Origin: Poseidonia sp.
GTDB lineage: Archaea > Thermoplasmatota > Poseidoniia > Poseidoniales > Poseidoniaceae
Direction of reading: 5' to 3'
Length of the DNA stretch: 28,323 nt
NCBI GenBank assembly: GCA_034402455.1
Contig: DASCRS010000036.1
Location: forward strand, 1 to 28,323
In this document: piece by piece, positions 24,834-28,323 of the stretch
How the letters are laid out: each line of letters begins with the position of its first letter
How positions within the stretch are numbered: the stretch's first letter is position 1
Notes under the pieces: model-generated
What the model was told of the DNA's origin: nothing
The model's input: only the letters and a program-made list of their open reading frames with translations
Databases searched by the model: none
Translations under genes and position numbers: made by a program

Positions 24834-25982
24834 ATGGTCGACTTCCAACTCGATGAGGTGCAAACGATGCTCAAAGAACTCGCTCACGAGTTCGCAGTTG
24901 ATGAAATTCGACCTAATGCAGAACATTGGGATGAAGAATCTGTTTATCCGATTGAAACTATTCGTCAAGCGCATGAAATGGGATTGCTGAACCTTCACAT
25001 TCCTGAAGCATATGGTGGTGCAGGTTTGGGTTCTCTTGAGGAAGTCCTTGTTAACGAGGAACTTGCATGGGGTGACCCTGGTTTTGCTACTGCTGCGTAT
25101 GCTACGGCTCTCGCTTGTGCGCCTATCATTACAGGGGCAACAGAGGAGCAAAAGAATATCTGGTTGCGTAAAGTCACTGAAGAAGGAGCACTTGCCTCTT
25201 ACGCCATTACTGAACCGGGAGCTGGCTCTGATGTTGCAGCCCTCAAAACCACAGCAATAAGAGAAGGCGATGAATATGTATTGAACGGTACGAAGATGTG
25301 GATTACTGGGGCTGGATATGCCGACTTTTTCTTTGTTCTTGCAAAAACAGATCCCGATGCTGGTTATAGGGGTATGTCTGGATTCATAGTTGAAAAAGAC
25401 ACGCCGGGTTTTTCTCTTGGTAAAAAAGAAACCAACATGGGTCAGCGATGTTCAGACACCCGTTCACTTTCATTTGATAATGTTCGAATCCCTGCAAGCC
25501 ACCTCATTGGTGATTCTGAATCTGGGGGATGGATGAACGCTATGAAGGCGTTTGACATGAGTCGCCCTAACATCGCTGCCCACGCAACAGGGCTAGCAAG
25601 GGCCGCTTACGAGCACGCTTTGAATTATTCAAATGAACGCCAAACCTTCGGTAGTCCTCTTCATCAACATCAAGCCATTCAATTCATGCTTGCTGACATG
25701 AAAACCAACATTGAGGCTGCTCGTATGCTAACTTGGAAATCAGCATCAGAATTTGATAATGAGATTAGAAACACCGAATCCGCAGCGCACGCAAAACGAT
25801 TTGCGGCCGATATGGCAATGGAAGTGACCACCAATGCAGTCCAAATCTATGGTGGATACGGTTATTCAGAGGAATATCCAGTCGCACGTTTGATGCGAGG
25901 CGCCAAAGTTATGCAGATCTATGAAGGTTCATCTCAGGTTCAGCGAATGATCATTGGTCGTGAAATCACCAAAGATATGTAA
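24834..25982 (+). CDS. Acyl-CoA dehydrogenase
   Basis: YAITEPGAGSD, LNGTKMWIT, RQTFG, QIYGGYGY and IYEGSSQVQR. Confidence 0.96.
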   Translation: MVDFQLDEVQTMLKELAHEFAVDEIRPNAEHWDEESVYPIETIRQAHEMGLLNLHIPEAYGGAGLGSLEEVLVNEELAWGDPGFATAAYATALACAPIITGATEEQKNIWLRKVTEEGALASYAITEPGAGSDVAALKTTAIREGDEYVLNGTKMWITGAGYADFFFVLAKTDPDAGYRGMSGFIVEKDTPGFSLGKKETNMGQRCSDTRSLSFDNVRIPASHLIGDSESGGWMNAMKAFDMSRPNIAAHATGLARAAYEHALNYSNERQTFGSPLHQHQAIQFMLADMKTNIEAARMLTWKSASEFDNEIRNTESAAHAKRFAADMAMEVTTNAVQIYGGYGYSEEYPVARLMRGAKVMQIYEGSSQVQRMIIGREITKDM

Positions 25983-25984
25983 GT

Positions 25985-26749
25985 TCAATCTAAACTACGG
26001 AGAAAGTCCTCTTCCCTCTTCCAGATTTCATTTTCATCATGATGCCAAGGTGACGCTTCATTGATGTGTATTTCTTCTTCTTTTTCATCAAACCATTCTT
26101 GGAATTTAATATGTTCATGCAAATTGGCTTCTGCTTGCTCATCGTATGCAAATAACTCTGATATTTGGTCAGACTCTTCAACCAAATAAGTATTCATTTG
26201 GGCTGGTGTAATTGGGTCATACAGGAGTTCATGCTCAGAATAAATCTCTTCGTTATACATGACGCCTTCGGCAGTGAATTTGTAAACATCAATGAGTGCG
26301 TCTCTTGGAGCAATCACAAATTGAGCGATCAAACCGATGCGCACTGCCGTTCTTCGGTCATCTCTCAATCCCATTGCTAGGGTTGCGAGTCGGTCTCCTA
26401 TGGGCATATTTCGACTCCGTCTTTCAGGATGGATGCAGATTCGGACCGAATATTTGTTCATTGCCAATAGGTCTGTTTTCCTTGGGGCGGCCCTCACATC
26501 AAAATTCCAATATACTCCCTTTTCCAAAACACCGTGTTCACTTTCTATTAGCGTGCTTTCGGGATTTGCCACGAGGGAATACCAACGTCTTGAGGTCCCT
26601 TTGACTCGAATTTTCGGCAAGCCATTTGGGAGATTAATCATCTCCATGTATTGCGAAGATTCGCAAATGGACTTGAGGAATTCAAGTCCACGCTCATGCG
26701 CTGCTTTTTTCTTAGCAGGCCATGATACTGGCATTTTCCATACCTTCAT
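25985..26749 (-). CDS. Hypothetical protein with an acidic C-terminus
   Basis: 254-aa ORF that fills the space between convergent and divergent neighbours. No family assigned with confidence. Confidence 0.75.
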   Translation of the reverse strand: MKVWKMPVSWPAKKKAAHERGLEFLKSICESSQYMEMINLPNGLPKIRVKGTSRRWYSLVANPESTLIESEHGVLEKGVYWNFDVRAAPRKTDLLAMNKYSVRICIHPERRSRNMPIGDRLATLAMGLRDDRRTAVRIGLIAQFVIAPRDALIDVYKFTAEGVMYNEEIYSEHELLYDPITPAQMNTYLVEESDQISELFAYDEQAEANLHEHIKFQEWFDEKEEEIHINEASPWHHDENEIWKREEDFLRSLD

Positions 26750-26821
26750 GCTGTTTGTTTTCTTCCACTCTATTTGAAGAAAATAGGAAAAGCACTTTTG
26801 CAGGTATCTCTTGGAATGAGC

Positions 26822-27421
26822 ATGGCTCGTACAATTCCAGCCGTCATTCTCGCTGCAGGCGCTAGCAATCGGCTTGGTGAGCCTAAATCAATGATAGATT
26901 TTGCAGGTTTACCTTTGGTAAGATGGGCTTTTGACCATTTAGCAGCAGCTGGTTGTGAACCAATTTTTATTGTCACCCGTGCGGAATTATCTGTTGATGT
27001 ACTTCTCGCAGTTCCAAATGCAAAGGTTAGCATCAATCCCAATCCTGAATTGGGTCGAACAGGTAGCCTTCAGAATGGTATTTCTTCTCTTTTCTCTGAC
27101 CTTGGAAGTTTACCTAGGAAATTGGTGATAGCCCCAGTTGACCGGCCTGGTTGGAACGCGAAAATGGTCAAAGAATTATTGCTCCAAAAGCACACTGTTT
27201 GCCCATCCTACAAAGGCAGAAAAGGGCATCCTGTAGTCATCAATAGCGCTGATATGGAACAAATTCTTTCAGCTCCAAGCGACATGCCTCTTCGAGATAT
27301 TGTTTCTTTTGTTGAAGTTTCAGTTGAGGCGCCATGGCTTCATCTCAATATCGATACACCCGAAGATATTCGTAATTTGGACGAACATAAGGCTGAACTT
27401 TTTGCTTATTTTCGGCAATGA
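26822..27421 (+). CDS. MocA/MobA-like nucleotidyltransferase (NTP_transf_3)
   Basis: VILAAGASNRLGEPK, NPNPELG, VDRP, GRKGHPV and NIDTPED, next to an XdhC gene. Confidence 0.88.
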   Translation: MARTIPAVILAAGASNRLGEPKSMIDFAGLPLVRWAFDHLAAAGCEPIFIVTRAELSVDVLLAVPNAKVSINPNPELGRTGSLQNGISSLFSDLGSLPRKLVIAPVDRPGWNAKMVKELLLQKHTVCPSYKGRKGHPVVINSADMEQILSAPSDMPLRDIVSFVEVSVEAPWLHLNIDTPEDIRNLDEHKAELFAYFRQ

Positions 27422-27455
27422 CAAGGGATATGAGGTTAAGCCGAGAGGGGCAAAC

Positions 27456-28323
27456 ATGACGGCTCGTGTACTTCAATGGGCCTTGGACCAATTGGATGGC
27501 CGAAATAAGGTAATTCTTGCAACGGTCCTCAATACTTCAGGAAGTGTTCCAGGCAAAACAGGTGCGCGTCTCGCGATGGCGTTTCCTGATTACAAGTGGG
27601 AAGGGACTGTTGGAGGAGCAGGGCTTGAGCACAAGATTCTCAACCGTTGCAGAACATTGCTCAAGGAATCAACATCACCTGCTGCTGAAGTGATTACTTA
27701 TGGATTGAACAAAGGGGCGAAGGGCTATGAAGTACAACCTCTTGATTCACTGTGCGGTGGGCGGGTAACCCTCTCGCTAGAGGTGATGTTTCCTATGCCA
27801 CACATCTTTATCATGGGCGGTGGACATTGTGGACAAGCTCTTGCAACATTGCTTGACCAATTAGGATGGCAGTATTCGGTCCACGATACTCGGTCTGAAT
27901 TTGCATCAGTTGATATTTATCCAAATGCAGTTCTTCGTACATCGGTTGGAATTGACGGCCTTTTTGAAAATGAATCCTTTTCCACTATGGCTCGTTTTTC
28001 GGATGTCTTACTTCTAGGGCATGATTGGAGCGAAGACCAAAACAGATTGCTTGGGATGTTGAGAATGTTCAATGAAGATGGTGTTGTGCTTGATGGTAAG
28101 ATGGCACCACGAATTGGAGTTATCGGAAGTCGGTCTAAGTGGGAAGCATTTCGTAAGGAATGTGAATCACAAGGTTATCCAGCATCCTTGCTAAATCAGG
28201 TAATATGTCCGATTGGATTGAACATTGGGGCAGAATCTCCTGAGGAAATCGCCGTTGCGATTGTGGCTCAAATTATGTCAGCATTCAAGAATAAAGACCC
28301 GAGTGAACCAACTTGGCGTCAAG
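27456..28323 (+). CDS. xdhC: XdhC/CoxI family molybdoenzyme maturation protein (3' end outside window; not in the ORF track)
   Basis: My translation from ATG 27456 gives LATVLNTSGSVPGKTGA, GTVGGAGLE, CGG, IMGGGHCG, IGVIGSRSK, CPIGLNIGAESPEEIAVAIVAQ. Open to the window end. Confidence 0.9.
   Translation, partial: MTARVLQWALDQLDGRNKVILATVLNTSGSVPGKTGARLAMAFPDYKWEGTVGGAGLEHKILNRCRTLLKESTSPAAEVITYGLNKGAKGYEVQPLDSLCGGRVTLSLEVMFPMPHIFIMGGGHCGQALATLLDQLGWQYSVHDTRSEFASVDIYPNAVLRTSVGIDGLFENESFSTMARFSDVLLLGHDWSEDQNRLLGMLRMFNEDGVVLDGKMAPRIGVIGSRSKWEAFRKECESQGYPASLLNQVICPIGLNIGAESPEEIAVAIVAQIMSAFKNKDPSEPTWRQ

Noticed and set aside
120-27042. The many short overlapping ORFs in alternative frames
   Set aside because: They lie antisense to or out of frame within well-supported genes and show no recognisable motifs.

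Overview
A compact archaeal chromosomal segment. Gene content and GAGGTG/GGAGG ribosome-binding sites suggest Marine Group II Euryarchaeota (Poseidoniales) or a related Thermoplasmatota lineage; this is inference. The flanks are housekeeping. Left: phnE end, gpsA, an EndoIV-like gene, ribB-ribL-ribE-ribH. Right: trxB, moeB/moeZ, an ion channel, an atypical receiver protein, MFS, fused 2-oxoacid dehydrogenase E1, aquaporin, a Na/Ca antiporter, acyl-CoA dehydrogenase, MocA-like and XdhC-like genes. The centre (about 5.2-14.7 kb) holds a mostly minus-strand cluster: CBS protein, CoA-binding-like protein, cox3-cox2-cox1, a three-domain lipoprotein NirK, a degenerate cupredoxin, a DoxX protein, a stand-alone CxCH choice-of-anchor-V-like protein and a Bat/NarO-type HTH_10 regulator. 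One hypothetical gene lies on the plus strand. Three observations make this cluster the candidate undescribed system. (1) A CGAACATGT box, part of a CGAA-N4-TTCG palindrome, lies upstream of six minus-strand genes. It is exactly 38 bp from the ATG in three cases and at a near-fixed distance from TATA-like elements in four. (2) The A1-type heme-copper oxidase keeps its catalytic site and D-channel but appears to have lost the K-channel residues and the Mg site. (3) Its subunit I carries an extracellular CxCH domain that also occurs as a free paralog. I saw no rRNA, tRNA, CRISPR array or mobile element. All alignments were done by eye.
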